DNA from: an uncultured bacterium
GTDB taxonomy: Bacteria; Bacteroidota; Rhodothermia; Rhodothermales; UBA10348
Reading direction: 5' to 3'
Assembly: GCA_943788505.1 (NCBI GenBank)
Contig: CALSQR010000002.1
Span: 253,323-317,322 of the forward strand
Length of the DNA: 64,000 bases
Every line of letters begins with the position of its first letter. Within the stretch, counting starts at the first letter, position 1. The notes under the pieces are model-generated. The model was not told where the DNA came from and did not search any database. It worked only from the letters and a program-made list of their open reading frames with translations. Shown one piece after another: positions 28,507 to 38,572 of the stretch. The translations under genes and the position numbers were made by a program.

Positions 28507-29697
28507 ATGCTACAAGCCACAAAGCTTGACGTCGATGCCCTGCGCGCCGACACTCCAGGTTGTGACCACGTTCTTCATTTTAATAATGCGGGTGCTGGGC
28601 TGATGCCTCAACCGGTTCTCGATGCGCTGCTTGGACACCTGACCAGGGAGGCGCTGATCGGTGGCTATGAGGCGCACACTGCCGCAAAGGATGAGTACCA
28701 GGACACGTATCGGGCACTAGAGGCCCTACTTGGGGCTAAAAAAGGCGAAGTTGCCTTGTTAGAAAATGCCACTCGGGCCTGGGATCAGGTCTTTTATGGG
28801 ATGGACTTCAAACCAGGTGATCGGGTGATCACCGCAAATGCCTCGTACGCAAGCAACTACATCGCGATGTTGCAGCAGCAGAAGCGACATGGTATTGAAA
28901 TCGATGTTATCGGCAATGATAGTCATGGACAAGTGGACGTTGAGACGCTCAAGCGAACCATCGGCCCCAGAACCCGGCTGATTTGTCTGACACACATTCC
29001 TACCAATGGAGGACTCGTCAATCCTGCTGCAGAAGTGGGGCGAATCGCTCGCAAGCACAACGTGCCCTACCTCTTGGATGCTTGCCAATCGGTGGGACAG
29101 GTTGAAGTGGATGTCGATGCGATTGGGTGTGACTTTCTTTCAGGCACCGGCAGAAAATACCTGCGTGGTCCTCGCGGCACAGGATTTCTTTATGTCCGCA
29201 GCGAATCACTGGACCTGATCGAGCCTCCTTTCCTAGACCTACGCGCCGCCGATTGGGTGTCACGCAATGAATATCGAATGGCTGATGGCGCGGCGCGTTT
29301 TGAAAACTGGGAAGGATTTGTTGCGGGCAAGATTGCTTTGGGAGCGGCTGTCCGTTACCTGCTAGAATTAGGCCCAGACCTCATTTTTCAGTGCATTGCA
29401 GAGGTGGCTGCACATCTTCGTACCGAACTGAGTAGCGTATCTGGTATCACCGTCCAGGACATCGGCTTGCGCAAAGGCGGAATTGTCACATTTTCCCATG
29501 AATCGGTAGATGCGCGTACGATTAGAGATCGTCTTTCCGAGGAAGACATCAACGCCCACTTTCTCGTGCCCAAGTGGTCTCGGCTTGACTCGGAAATGCG
29601 CCATCTCCCCAACATGATTCGCGCTTCAGTTCACGCATACAACAGCGAAGAAGAAGTTGGGCGTTTTGTGGAATCAGTAAAGACTATTGTTGCCTGA
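28507..29697 (+). CDS. PLP-dependent aminotransferase class V (cysteine desulfurase-like)
   Basis: HFNNAGAG, THIPTNGGLVNP, LLDACQSVGQ, TGRKYLRGPRGTG and RASVHAYN. Confidence 0.9.
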   Translation: MLQATKLDVDALRADTPGCDHVLHFNNAGAGLMPQPVLDALLGHLTREALIGGYEAHTAAKDEYQDTYRALEALLGAKKGEVALLENATRAWDQVFYGMDFKPGDRVITANASYASNYIAMLQQQKRHGIEIDVIGNDSHGQVDVETLKRTIGPRTRLICLTHIPTNGGLVNPAAEVGRIARKHNVPYLLDACQSVGQVEVDVDAIGCDFLSGTGRKYLRGPRGTGFLYVRSESLDLIEPPFLDLRAADWVSRNEYRMADGAARFENWEGFVAGKIALGAAVRYLLELGPDLIFQCIAEVAAHLRTELSSVSGITVQDIGLRKGGIVTFSHESVDARTIRDRLSEEDINAHFLVPKWSRLDSEMRHLPNMIRASVHAYNSEEEVGRFVESVKTIVA

Positions 29698-29851
29698 TAA
29701 GCACTTGGAATTAATTTCCCAACGGGGTTTCAATGCTATTGAGTGCCACAATGGCTCTCGATATCATCCCTTGTTCTTGCACTCACCCCAGTAGTCGGGT
29801 ACATTCCTCACGTACAAGACCCTCGGACCGCCCATCTAATCAATAATAATC

Positions 29852-31138
29852 TTGCAGAAGGATACCCCTACCTCCCGGTCTCCGATTTGGGCCTGGTCGA
29901 TGTACGACTTTGCCAATTCGGCCTTCACGACGCTCGTCGTGACGTTTGTCTACGCCGCCTTTTTTACAAAAGGAATCGCACTTGATGAAACGAGCGGGAC
30001 GAAATTATGGTCGATGGGAATTACCATTTCGGCAGTTATAATCGCCCTTCTCTCGCCATTCATGGGCGCTATGGCGGACAGAGGTGGGTATCGGAAGCGG
30101 TATTTGGCCATCGCTACGATCATCTGTATCGCCGCGACAACGGTTCTGTTTTTCCCACAGAAAGGGCAGGTCTATTTCGCGATGACCGTGTTCATCATCG
30201 CGAATGTTGCCTTCGAAATGGCGAACGTCTTCTATAATGCTTTTTTGCCTGATATCGCTCCTCCTGATCGCATCGGCCGCGTTTCAGGTACCGGATGGGC
30301 ATTGGGCTATATCGGCGGATTACTTTGCCTAGTGGCTGGCTTAGTCTTGTTCATTCAGCCTGACCCGGCACTTTTTGGGCTGGATGTATCGACCAATGCT
30401 AATATCCGAGCCACCAACCTGTTAGTCGCTGGCTGGTTTGCCTTGTTCAGCATCCCAATGTTTCTCTTGGTCAAGGATGAACCTGTTCTGAACCCACCTC
30501 CAGCAGGACAACTTATTCGCGAAGCAAAACAAGACCTGATCCGTGTTTTCAAGGAAATTCGAAACTATCGGCAGGTATTTCGACTACTCGTTGCCAGGCT
30601 CGTCTATAATGATGCGCTTATTACCATTTTTGGATTTGGAGGCGTCTACGCGACCGTCGTCTTCGACTTCACGCTAAAGGACGTCATAATTTTCGGTATA
30701 GCGCTCAACCTAGCAGCCGGATTTGGCGCTTGGGCATTAGGTCATCTCGATGACAAGTTTGGTGGTAAGACAACGATTCTGATTTCTATCGTTGGTTTGA
30801 TTGGAGCCACCTTACTTGCTGTATTTACAACAAGCGTTTTCTGGTTCTGGGTTTCTGGTATCGGTGTTGGTTTGCTCGCAGGACCTAACCAATCAGCATC
30901 TCGGTCGCTTCTGGGTCGATTTACTCCAGAATCAAAAGAGAATGAGTTTTATGGCTTTTTCGCCTTTTCAGGTAAGTTCACGGCATTTCTAGGCCCATTT
31001 TTACTGGGCTATATGACAGAAATGTTTGGCAACATGCGGGCAGGTATTGCCGTGGTTGTAATCTTGTTTATTCTCGGTGGCGTCTTGCTTCTTCGTGTTG
31101 ACGAAAACGAAGGCAAGACATCGTCCGGGCGAGTCTGA
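29852..31138 (+). CDS. MFS transporter (UMF1/BtlA-like)
   Basis: WSMYDFANSAF, FYNAFLPDI, GRVSG.GWALGY and QSASRSLLGRFTP...E..FYG. About 12 TM helices. Confidence 0.88.
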   Translation: MQKDTPTSRSPIWAWSMYDFANSAFTTLVVTFVYAAFFTKGIALDETSGTKLWSMGITISAVIIALLSPFMGAMADRGGYRKRYLAIATIICIAATTVLFFPQKGQVYFAMTVFIIANVAFEMANVFYNAFLPDIAPPDRIGRVSGTGWALGYIGGLLCLVAGLVLFIQPDPALFGLDVSTNANIRATNLLVAGWFALFSIPMFLLVKDEPVLNPPPAGQLIREAKQDLIRVFKEIRNYRQVFRLLVARLVYNDALITIFGFGGVYATVVFDFTLKDVIIFGIALNLAAGFGAWALGHLDDKFGGKTTILISIVGLIGATLLAVFTTSVFWFWVSGIGVGLLAGPNQSASRSLLGRFTPESKENEFYGFFAFSGKFTAFLGPFLLGYMTEMFGNMRAGIAVVVILFILGGVLLLRVDENEGKTSSGRV

Positions 31139-31179
31139 CCCCTCCGTATCTTTTCATTCAACTGATTTTATCCCATCAA

Positions 31180-32313
31180 ATGGGTATTTCTGTCTCCGAT
31201 ATTCTCGGCGCTCTTGAATCCTGGATGCCATCTGGGATGGCCCAGTCCTGGGACAATGTCGGCTTGCAAGTGGGTCGTCCCGAGAAGCAGGTAACTTCGG
31301 TGCTTGTGGCGCTGGACCTCACTCCTGCCATTATTGATGAGGCCCGCGGCAAAGGCGCCAATCTCATCATCACTCACCACCCCCTTTTCTTCAAGCCCCT
31401 AAAGAAATTGAGTTCGGACGACTTAGTCTCGTCTATGGCCTTGACACTGGCTGAGTCGGGAATCGCCCATTACGCCATTCATACAAATATTGATGCAGCA
31501 CGTAATGGTGTCTCCTTTCGTCTCGCTCACGATCTAGGACTGTCGGATGTCGAATTTCTAACGTCCATGGAAGGGTCAGTTGTGAAATTGGTTGTTTTCG
31601 TCCCCATTGAAGCTAATGATCTTGTCAGGGATACTATCCTTGCAGCCGGTGCGGGACAGATTGGGCGGTATTCAGATTGTTCATTCTCTAATGGTGGTAC
31701 AGGTACGTTCAAGCCAGGAGATGACACTGACCCCTTCATCGGCCAAGCGGCCGGCCCTCGAGAGTCTGTCAATGAGGTGCGCCTCGAAGTGCACGTGTCT
31801 CGATGGGCTCTTCCTCGCGTGCTCAGGGCGATGACAGAAGCGCATCCCTACGAAGAAGTGGCATATGATATTATTCCCGTAGAAAACGAATACACGGATG
31901 CGGGACTCGGTGCCATCGGCACATTAGCGTCTAGCATGAAGCTCACAGATTTTTTGGATGTTGTTTCTACTGCCTTGGAAAATCCCGCACTGCGCTTTGC
32001 TGGCGATGAAAATGCTACTGTTCAGAAAATTGCAGTGTGTGGCGGTTCGGGATCTGACTTCATCGGAGCTGCCATGAAAGCAGGAGCGGATGCGTTTGTA
32101 ACGGCTGATGTGACATATCACCGGTATTTCGACGTCATGAAACCAGATGGCACTTTTTCTATGGCGCTAATCAATGCTGGTCACTACGAAACAGAGCGCA
32201 GAACAGAAGATTTACTTGGTGATTGGTTATCCGAGCATTTTCCGGATATTGCAGTTTACAAGACGGCTCTTCGGAGCGGTCCAGAGAAAACCTGGGTCTC
32301 CCGAAGAGGGTGA
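31180..32313 (+). CDS. Nif3-like dinuclear metal center hexameric protein (YbgI/DUF34), long form with PII-like insertion
   Basis: WDNVGLQVG, ITHHPLFF, HTNID, the insertion KLVVFVP...AGAGQIGRYSDCSF...HPYEEVAYD, and GHYETE. Confidence 0.92.
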   Translation: MGISVSDILGALESWMPSGMAQSWDNVGLQVGRPEKQVTSVLVALDLTPAIIDEARGKGANLIITHHPLFFKPLKKLSSDDLVSSMALTLAESGIAHYAIHTNIDAARNGVSFRLAHDLGLSDVEFLTSMEGSVVKLVVFVPIEANDLVRDTILAAGAGQIGRYSDCSFSNGGTGTFKPGDDTDPFIGQAAGPRESVNEVRLEVHVSRWALPRVLRAMTEAHPYEEVAYDIIPVENEYTDAGLGAIGTLASSMKLTDFLDVVSTALENPALRFAGDENATVQKIAVCGGSGSDFIGAAMKAGADAFVTADVTYHRYFDVMKPDGTFSMALINAGHYETERRTEDLLGDWLSEHFPDIAVYKTALRSGPEKTWVSRRG

Positions 32314-32407
32314 TACACACATTCTTCTCAGGGATTGGGGTGAACTTTATTATTGTGCTACCGTTATTTGTCGGTCTGTACACATCCGTAAAAGCCGAAC
32401 CTGCAGT

Positions 32408-33166
32408 ATGGCCACCATCTCCCACGAGCACACAATTTCCGAGCAACTGGTAGCGCTCATTCGCCTCCAGAATATCGACAGCAAGATCGACCAGATCACA
32501 AAGCTGCGCGGAGATCTTCCTGATGAGATCAGCGATATGGAGGACGAAAAAGAAGGTCTCTCCACGCGCCTTGAAAAGCTCAAGCAAGAGCAAAAGGACG
32601 CTGTAATCGCTGCTAATCAAGCGAAAGAAGACGTAATCGATGCTGAGCAGCTGATTACGAAATATGAAGAACAGCAGCTTCAGGTACGAAACAACCGCGA
32701 GTACGATGCTCTTACAAAAGAGATCGAAGCTCAGAAGCAGCGTATTGTTGACTCAACCGCCCGAGGAGTAGAAATCGAACTCCAGAAGCCGCTTCATGAG
32801 GCATCGATCGAGGAAGCACAAGAGCGTCTGAAAGCGCTAGTCGAGCAGCTTGGCCAAAAAAATGGCGAGCTAAACGAAGTTCTCGAAGACACGAAGAGTG
32901 AGCAGGCCAACCTAGAAAAGGTTCGCAAGAAAGCGGCTAAGGACGTGGATGATCGCTACATCCGGGCCTATGACCGTCTTCGGTCGCGTGTCCGTGACGG
33001 ACGAGCTGTCGTTCCCCTCGATCGTGGTGCTGCGGCAGGATTCTCTGTTCCACCTCAGCGTCAGTTGGAAATTCGCCAGCGCAACCGCATTGTTGCCTGC
33101 GAACACACGGGACGGATCATTGTCGACGGTGATCTTTTCCGTGAAACGGTGGCTAAGACTAAATAG
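32408..33166 (+). CDS. DUF164 / C4 zinc-ribbon-family coiled-coil protein (Cys ligands mostly lost)
   Basis: Long coiled coil with NNREYDAL..EIE and terminal CEHTGRII, downstream of the Nif3-like gene as is usual. ATG 32408 preferred. Confidence 0.88.
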   Translation: MATISHEHTISEQLVALIRLQNIDSKIDQITKLRGDLPDEISDMEDEKEGLSTRLEKLKQEQKDAVIAANQAKEDVIDAEQLITKYEEQQLQVRNNREYDALTKEIEAQKQRIVDSTARGVEIELQKPLHEASIEEAQERLKALVEQLGQKNGELNEVLEDTKSEQANLEKVRKKAAKDVDDRYIRAYDRLRSRVRDGRAVVPLDRGAAAGFSVPPQRQLEIRQRNRIVACEHTGRIIVDGDLFRETVAKTK

Positions 33167-33216
33167 TCCTAACCCAGCCAAAAAGTATGTGATTGTCCAT
33201 TTTGGTCAATCCCCCG

Positions 33217-33248
33217 AAAGGGGCCGGGAAACCCTCCGGCCCCTTTTT
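33217..33248 (+). terminator. Intrinsic terminator after the DUF164 gene
   Basis: aaaggggccgg-gaaaccct-ccggcccc-ttttt. Confidence 0.75.
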
Positions 33249-33260
33249 CGTTTCTCGCGC

Positions 33261-33654
33261 TGCTGATCGGATCATCGCGCTTCGCTAGAAGTGAGGAAAG
33301 TCCGAACACCGAAGGGCACCATGCTTCCTAACGGGAAGGCGCTTTTCATTTGAAGAGTGACGGCAAGTGCAACAGAGAGTAAACCAGCCGATGGCCCTCA
33401 CGGGCACAGGTGATGGGTGAAAGGGTGAGGTAAGAGCTCACCGGCGGTTCGTGGTGACACGGCCGGCCAGGCAAACCTCATGGGGTGCAAGGTCAAGCAG
33501 CATCGTCGTGCTTAGGCACGGCAAGGACGGCCCGTCCTTGAATGCGGGTAGACTGCTAGAGGCCGATGGTGACGTCGGTCCCAGATAAATGATGATCTCT
33601 CCGGGAGAATTGGCCAATCACCCGGGCAGACAGAATTCGGCTTACAGATCAGCA
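33261..33654 (+). ncRNA. rnpB: RNase P RNA (bacterial type A)
   Basis: GAGGAAAGTCC at 33293-33303, AGTGCAACAGA, GGTAAGAG and ACAGAATTCGGCTTAC at 33630-33645. P1 helix tgctgatc/gatcagca. Confidence 0.95.
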
Positions 33655-33671
33655 ATGGCCACTCTTGACAT

Positions 33672-33701
33672 GGAGCCCGGCGCCTTTAGGCGCCGGGCTC
33701 C
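33672..33701 (+). terminator. Perfect 13-bp hairpin downstream of rnpB
   Basis: ggagcccggcgcc-ttta-ggcgccgggctcc. Confidence 0.7.
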
Positions 33702-33741
33702 ACCTGTTTTGGTCAAACGCCTAGTGCGGAGTCTAGGGTAT

Positions 33742-33775
33742 AAAAAAAGGGGCGCCGGCTTCAGCCGGCGCCCCT
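33742..33775 (-). terminator. Intrinsic terminator of secG
   Basis: aggggcgccggct-tc-agccggcgcccct with an A-run on the plus strand (U-tract on minus). Confidence 0.8.
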
Positions 33776-33805
33776 ACTCCCCTAAGGGAAAAGTCGTTTC
33801 AGGTT

Positions 33806-34186
33806 CTACTGATCAGAACCTTCTTCTGAGCCACCGCCTGTCTCGGTGCCGGCTGCTGCGTCCGTAGCTGGAGCAGTGTTAGCAGGAGCTGGGAGCGTTG
33901 GCGTCTGGACCTGTCCGCTCTGTGCGTTCTGCTGAATGACTGAGCCACCTGAATTTTCAGGGCCAATCACGAAGTTGGACAGAACACATAGTACGATGAA
34001 TGCTGTGGCCAGCGTCCAGGTCGCTTTTTCGAGAAAATCGGGTGCCTGACGAGATCCAAGAATCTGGGTCGTGGCGGCGCCAGAGGCAATACCTGCCAAT
34101 CCGCCACCTTTACCACTCTGTAGAAGAACTACGAGCGTCATAAGGACGGCAATAATCGAAATCAGAACAATGAGAAAAGTAAACAT
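33806..34186 (-). CDS. secG: Preprotein translocase subunit SecG
   Basis: Two TM helices, VLLQSGKGGGLAG and LEKATW.LA..F. Confidence 0.93.
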   Translation of the reverse strand: MFTFLIVLISIIAVLMTLVVLLQSGKGGGLAGIASGAATTQILGSRQAPDFLEKATWTLATAFIVLCVLSNFVIGPENSGGSVIQQNAQSGQVQTPTLPAPANTAPATDAAAGTETGGGSEEGSDQ

Positions 34187-34396
34187 CGAATCTCTACATT
34201 TCGGTGTCGGAATTCTCTGCGTTGTAGCTGACAGCCCTCTGATAAGGAATAAGTGCTGCCTAGAATTCCGGTCTTAGCCGGGAAAGATAGCAACTACGGT
34301 ACCCCGGATTCAACTGCATGCGGAAGTCAGTTCAGGGTTCGCAAAGGATTCACGGCATTCAGACGAAGATGACCTATCAGTCCCACAGGTTATCAA

Positions 34397-35215
34397 TTAC
34401 CCATTTTGGCGCTCATCCAGTGACTGACTGATCACAGAAATAACGGTCATTGCTGCTGTTTCAGCTCGCAATCTTCGTTCGCCCAGCCAAACAGACTTCC
34501 ACCCACTGGAAACCGCCCGCTCAACTTCCTCTTCAGAAAAGCCTCCTTCAGGTCCTACAAGCACTGACCATTTCTGTTTGGGATGTTCCAGGGCGGTCTT
34601 CGATTTGGAATCGCCATCTAACTGAGCCTGGGCTGGTACTTGGCTCAGCAGATGACCTAAGCGAACCCCATCAGGTCGAGACTCGTGGCAAATCAGCTTA
34701 ACGAATTGATCTGATTCAGCTTCTCGAGAAAACTCTTTCATAAGGCTCTCAAAAGAAGTTGGATCGTCGAGCACTGGCAATCGACTTCGTTCTGATTGCT
34801 TTAGGGCACTCACTAGAATACTTTCCAACCGCCGACGATTGAACTTCACCTTCTGCGTTCGTTGACTGACCAGCGGCGTAATGCGCGTACATCCATTCTC
34901 GACCGCTTTTTCCAGAAACGTCTCCCAACGGGTAGGTTGATTTAGCACAGACAATCCGATGTGCAGATCAAAGGACGGCTCACCAACCTCTTCTTTGCGT
35001 TCCAAGATTCTAGCTAAAACGGATCGCTTGCTGATCATTTCTAATTCAGCGCGGCACGTCAGTCCGTCTCCATTAACTACGGTCACAACATCTCCAACTC
35101 CCAGCCTAAGTACTTTTATAACGTGTCTGGATTCTTCCTCGGTAAATACAGCCACATCACCCGCTATTTGGTCGGGAGGCGCGTAAAATCTGTGTTTTTC
35201 AGTCGATGAAGGCAT
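34397..35215 (-). CDS. rsmE: 16S rRNA (U1498-N3)-methyltransferase RsmE
   Basis: HVIKVLRL, LEKAVE.G, ALKQSER, VGPEGGFS and LGERRLRAETA. ATG 35215 preferred. Confidence 0.93.
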   Translation of the reverse strand: MPSSTEKHRFYAPPDQIAGDVAVFTEEESRHVIKVLRLGVGDVVTVVNGDGLTCRAELEMISKRSVLARILERKEEVGEPSFDLHIGLSVLNQPTRWETFLEKAVENGCTRITPLVSQRTQKVKFNRRRLESILVSALKQSERSRLPVLDDPTSFESLMKEFSREAESDQFVKLICHESRPDGVRLGHLLSQVPAQAQLDGDSKSKTALEHPKQKWSVLVGPEGGFSEEEVERAVSSGWKSVWLGERRLRAETAAMTVISVISQSLDERQNG

Positions 35216-35271
35216 ACTAGAACGTGTTGGGAGGCAGTTTGATGGTGTAGTAGTGCTGGAAGGGTGTGCGC

Positions 35272-37041
35272 TCAAAGGCCAAATGATACGGCAACATGAA
35301 CCCTTCCTTCCCTCCATCCACCCTCGTTGTTGAGGGCATAAGAAATTGATATTGGTCCGATACCCGATGAGAATACGAAGCCGATGCCATAACCGGGATA
35401 CCATGAACCCTTTGAATCTTTCGTGAGCGAGCTCTCTACATAGCCCATATCCACGAATAGAAAGACCATGGAGCCATCATCTAGGTGATACCTCGGCTCA
35501 GCAAAGGCGCGTACCAGGGTAGAGCCCCTGAATCGATTTTCGTCGTACCCGCGAAGTGAGCTGGCTCCGCCCATGAAAAAGAGGTCGCTTTCGTCTAGAT
35601 CCTCTGAACGAATTAGGTGAGCATCTACGCCAACAAGCCCACCAAATCTACCACGATTTAGACCGTGAACGCGTAGTCCCACTTCAAGCCGTTCTTGAGA
35701 ATCCCTTTGGGAGATCCTAACTGTGTCCCCGTCCGCGATTTTTCGACGTTCTGAATCCCTATACCCCCTCTCCAACGTGGTCCAGAGCGAGAGACCTTTT
35801 CTAGGAGCGATACGATTATCCAGTCGATTAATGCGCAGTTCTACTCCAGCCCACGTACCGGTATTTCGGCCAACGCGTTGCCTCCCATTATCGAACTGTG
35901 CGCCAGCTTGCCCGGGTCGAGTTACCTCCCGCGAGAAACGACCACCAATTTCCGACCACCGGTCTAAGCGTAAAAGAGCGGAGAGACGGATACCGGTTCG
36001 ATTATATGTAGAGTCTTGCTGCAGTCCCTCCATGCCGAATCCAACCCGAACCGGCAAACCAACGAACAATGGATCCTCGACGTCCAATCTGAATGAACTT
36101 GTTTGCTGCGGGAGCCGCTGAATAGTGGCCGATAACAATCGGCCTGCGCCAAACGCATTATCAAGCAGAATATGCCCCGATCCAATCACCCTGCCCGATT
36201 GACCTCCTGTAGACGGAAGATACCCTGCCACCAAATCAAACTGTCCGGGCGGACGGGCTTGAACCGGAAACAATAAAACCGCCAGTGAATCGTCAAGTAG
36301 CTCATAAACAGGTGCTCCTACCTGACGATGCAAGCCTGCTCCAAGCAGGATCGTTCGTAGGTCATCACGATCTAGCCCAGCAACTGATTGCCCGACTTCA
36401 AGGCCCAGAAAATCGAGAAGAAGGGACTGTTTTGTTCGTTCGTCACCCTGCAGCCGCACCCCGTCCAATCGGTATTGAGCTCTGATCTGTAGATCTAGAA
36501 ACAAGGTCAATTCGCCCGATTCCCATTTAGCATCCGACACAGAAATGGTCGCCCCCAAATATCCATCGGTGGTCAAAACGCCCAGCAAGGACCCAATCAA
36601 GGCCTCGATAGTGTTGGCAGAAGCACGTTCTCCGATCACCGGAGTAGCCGAATCGGACAATTTTGGATATTCATCGCCCTGAAGCACAACTTCAGTCAAA
36701 AGCGTCTCAGATCCGCGGTTAATATGAACGGCTTTGATTACTCGGTCGGAAATGCGTAACGCTGCATCTAGCGCCTCTGTATCTGCAATTTTAGCCTCAA
36801 AGAATCCTTGATTGTGGAACCAGTCCTCCAAGAGTCGCTGCCATTGAGCATTTTGACCCGGCATTGGCACGTCTACCGGCCACTCGACTCTCTCGGAGTC
36901 AACAAACAACTCGACCCCAGATGATACCTGCTGCCTGGCGTGCGCCTGACGCGGCGCGCTCAGGCAGAGAATTGCGACGAGAATCACCCCCAACCAGGTT
37001 AGATGAGGAACGGATTCAGCAACACGGATCCACCAGCCCAC
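35272..37041 (-). CDS. Omp85 family (BamA/TamA-like) outer-membrane protein with POTRA domains
   Basis: NAFGAG, FFMGGASSLRGYDENRF, GYGIG...SGIGPISISYA and terminal Phe (VSFGL). Start uncertain; GTG 37041 precedes a signal-like segment. Confidence 0.85.
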   Translation of the reverse strand: MGWWIRVAESVPHLTWLGVILVAILCLSAPRQAHARQQVSSGVELFVDSERVEWPVDVPMPGQNAQWQRLLEDWFHNQGFFEAKIADTEALDAALRISDRVIKAVHINRGSETLLTEVVLQGDEYPKLSDSATPVIGERASANTIEALIGSLLGVLTTDGYLGATISVSDAKWESGELTLFLDLQIRAQYRLDGVRLQGDERTKQSLLLDFLGLEVGQSVAGLDRDDLRTILLGAGLHRQVGAPVYELLDDSLAVLLFPVQARPPGQFDLVAGYLPSTGGQSGRVIGSGHILLDNAFGAGRLLSATIQRLPQQTSSFRLDVEDPLFVGLPVRVGFGMEGLQQDSTYNRTGIRLSALLRLDRWSEIGGRFSREVTRPGQAGAQFDNGRQRVGRNTGTWAGVELRINRLDNRIAPRKGLSLWTTLERGYRDSERRKIADGDTVRISQRDSQERLEVGLRVHGLNRGRFGGLVGVDAHLIRSEDLDESDLFFMGGASSLRGYDENRFRGSTLVRAFAEPRYHLDDGSMVFLFVDMGYVESSLTKDSKGSWYPGYGIGFVFSSGIGPISISYALNNEGGWREGRVHVAVSFGL

Positions 37042-37078
37042 CTGGTGGGTAAGACGCGCTTCTCCCTCAGTGCTTGCT

Positions 37079-37426
37079 ATGAAATCCTTTTTGCTCATTC
37101 TACCTATCATGGTGGCCGGCCTAGTGTCGCCCGGATTGCGGACGGCTTTGCTGGATGAACCCGCTCTCCTGAGTTCCGTTTCGGCTTCAGCGGACACGGT
37201 ACATGCGGGTGAAACGTTTATCGCCCAATTGCCGGATTCGCTATCTGGAGATGCAATTGCAACGTGGGAGTTGGAAAAGCCTCCTGTCTGGAGCTTGTTG
37301 CGCGAACGCAGTTTCTTTTGGAAGACCTTTGAAAAAGATCTCGGAATCCATGAGTTGCGCTTTCAGGCCATCACAAAAGAACGTGGCGATACGCTCGCCT
37401 ACCCAATTCAACTCATCATCTTGTGA
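37079..37426 (+). CDS. Small exported hypothetical protein, possible Ig-like beta fold
   Basis: Hydrophobic N-terminus and beta-rich FFWKT...G.HELRF segment. Stop overlaps the mutY GTG. Confidence 0.6.
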   Translation: MKSFLLILPIMVAGLVSPGLRTALLDEPALLSSVSASADTVHAGETFIAQLPDSLSGDAIATWELEKPPVWSLLRERSFFWKTFEKDLGIHELRFQAITKERGDTLAYPIQLIIL

Positions 37427-38520
37427 ATTGGCTACCCGACTTCGAAGCTGACCCCGATGTTCTAAGGCGTCATCTTGCTGCATGGTTTATCGAAAACAGG
37501 CGATCATTGCCGTGGCGAGAGAATCCTGAGCCATATAGTATTTGGCTCTCTGAAGTGATTTTGCAGCAGACTAGAGTGGAGCAGGGACTGCCCTACTTCT
37601 TCCGCTTCTTGGAGCGCTTCCCCACAGTGGAAGACTTGGCTGGCGCGTCTGAAGATGATGTTCTCCGCTTATGGGAGGGACTTGGGTACTATTCACGTGG
37701 CCGAAATCTGCACCGGGCCGCACAATTCGTGATGGAAGAGCGCGCTGGTAAGCTCCCGGACACGTACGAAGACTGGCTAGCGCTTCCAGGCGTTGGGCCT
37801 TACACGGCTGCCGCCATTTCGTCCATTGCATTTGGCGAAAAACAAGCTGTTCTTGATGGGAATGTGATCCGAGTACTATCCAGACTTCTCGCCCTAGATG
37901 AAGTCCACACGACCTCTTCTGCTCGGCGTAAGCTTATGATGGCGGCAGAGGCGTTGCTCGATCATGACAACCCTGGCCGCCACAATGAGGCCATGATGGA
38001 GCTAGGTGCGCTTGTCTGTTCTCCCACCTCTCCATCCTGCCCCCAATGTCCGTTTCGAGAAGGATGCAGAGCGTCGAAACGTGGTCAAATGACAGATTTT
38101 CCGGTCCGAAAGCCCAAAAAGGCGGTCCCTCATCACGATATAGCAGTTGCTATAATCCGCGACTCTCAAGAACGCATTTTCATTCAGCAGCGGGATAGAA
38201 ACGCCATGTTGGGAGGACTCTGGGAGTTTCCGGGAGGAAAAGTCGAGGCAGGCGAATCTGCCGAAGATGCCTGCATTCGAGAGGTGCGAGAAGAAATTGG
38301 ATTAGATGTATTGCCGATTCGCAAGCTTGCTGAAATCGATCATGCTTATTCCCATTTTCGGATTACTCTTCACGCCTTCGAATGTCTGCCCACATCGCAA
38401 CAAGAGCCAGAGACCGATTCACCCACCACTTGGATTGCAAGAGAAGCCTTTTCGGACTATGCTTTCCCGCGGGCCAATCGCAGACTCCTGGACTTATTGG
38501 GCCAGGACAGTTCATTCTAG
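37423..38520 (+). CDS. mutY: A/G-specific adenine glycosylase MutY with C-terminal NUDIX domain
   Basis: WLSEVILQQT, WEGLGYYSR, LPGVGPYTA (HhH), DGNV, CX6CX2CX5C and a complete Nudix box. Confidence 0.96.
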   Translation: MNWLPDFEADPDVLRRHLAAWFIENRRSLPWRENPEPYSIWLSEVILQQTRVEQGLPYFFRFLERFPTVEDLAGASEDDVLRLWEGLGYYSRGRNLHRAAQFVMEERAGKLPDTYEDWLALPGVGPYTAAAISSIAFGEKQAVLDGNVIRVLSRLLALDEVHTTSSARRKLMMAAEALLDHDNPGRHNEAMMELGALVCSPTSPSCPQCPFREGCRASKRGQMTDFPVRKPKKAVPHHDIAVAIIRDSQERIFIQQRDRNAMLGGLWEFPGGKVEAGESAEDACIREVREEIGLDVLPIRKLAEIDHAYSHFRITLHAFECLPTSQQEPETDSPTTWIAREAFSDYAFPRANRRLLDLLGQDSSF

Positions 38521-38572
38521 TTGGAACTCAGCCTCAAGGCGCGCTTATCCAAGCTAACCATCCTCGTCTCGC

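Noticed and set aside
32174-35404. Long N-terminal extensions of ORF-track calls (for example 32174, 35404, and likewise 1063, 2636, 17514, 17701, 19357, 37197, 50370, 53515)
   Set aside because: The extensions overlap neighbouring genes or look non-coding. Downstream starts fit the family N-termini better, so I trimmed them.
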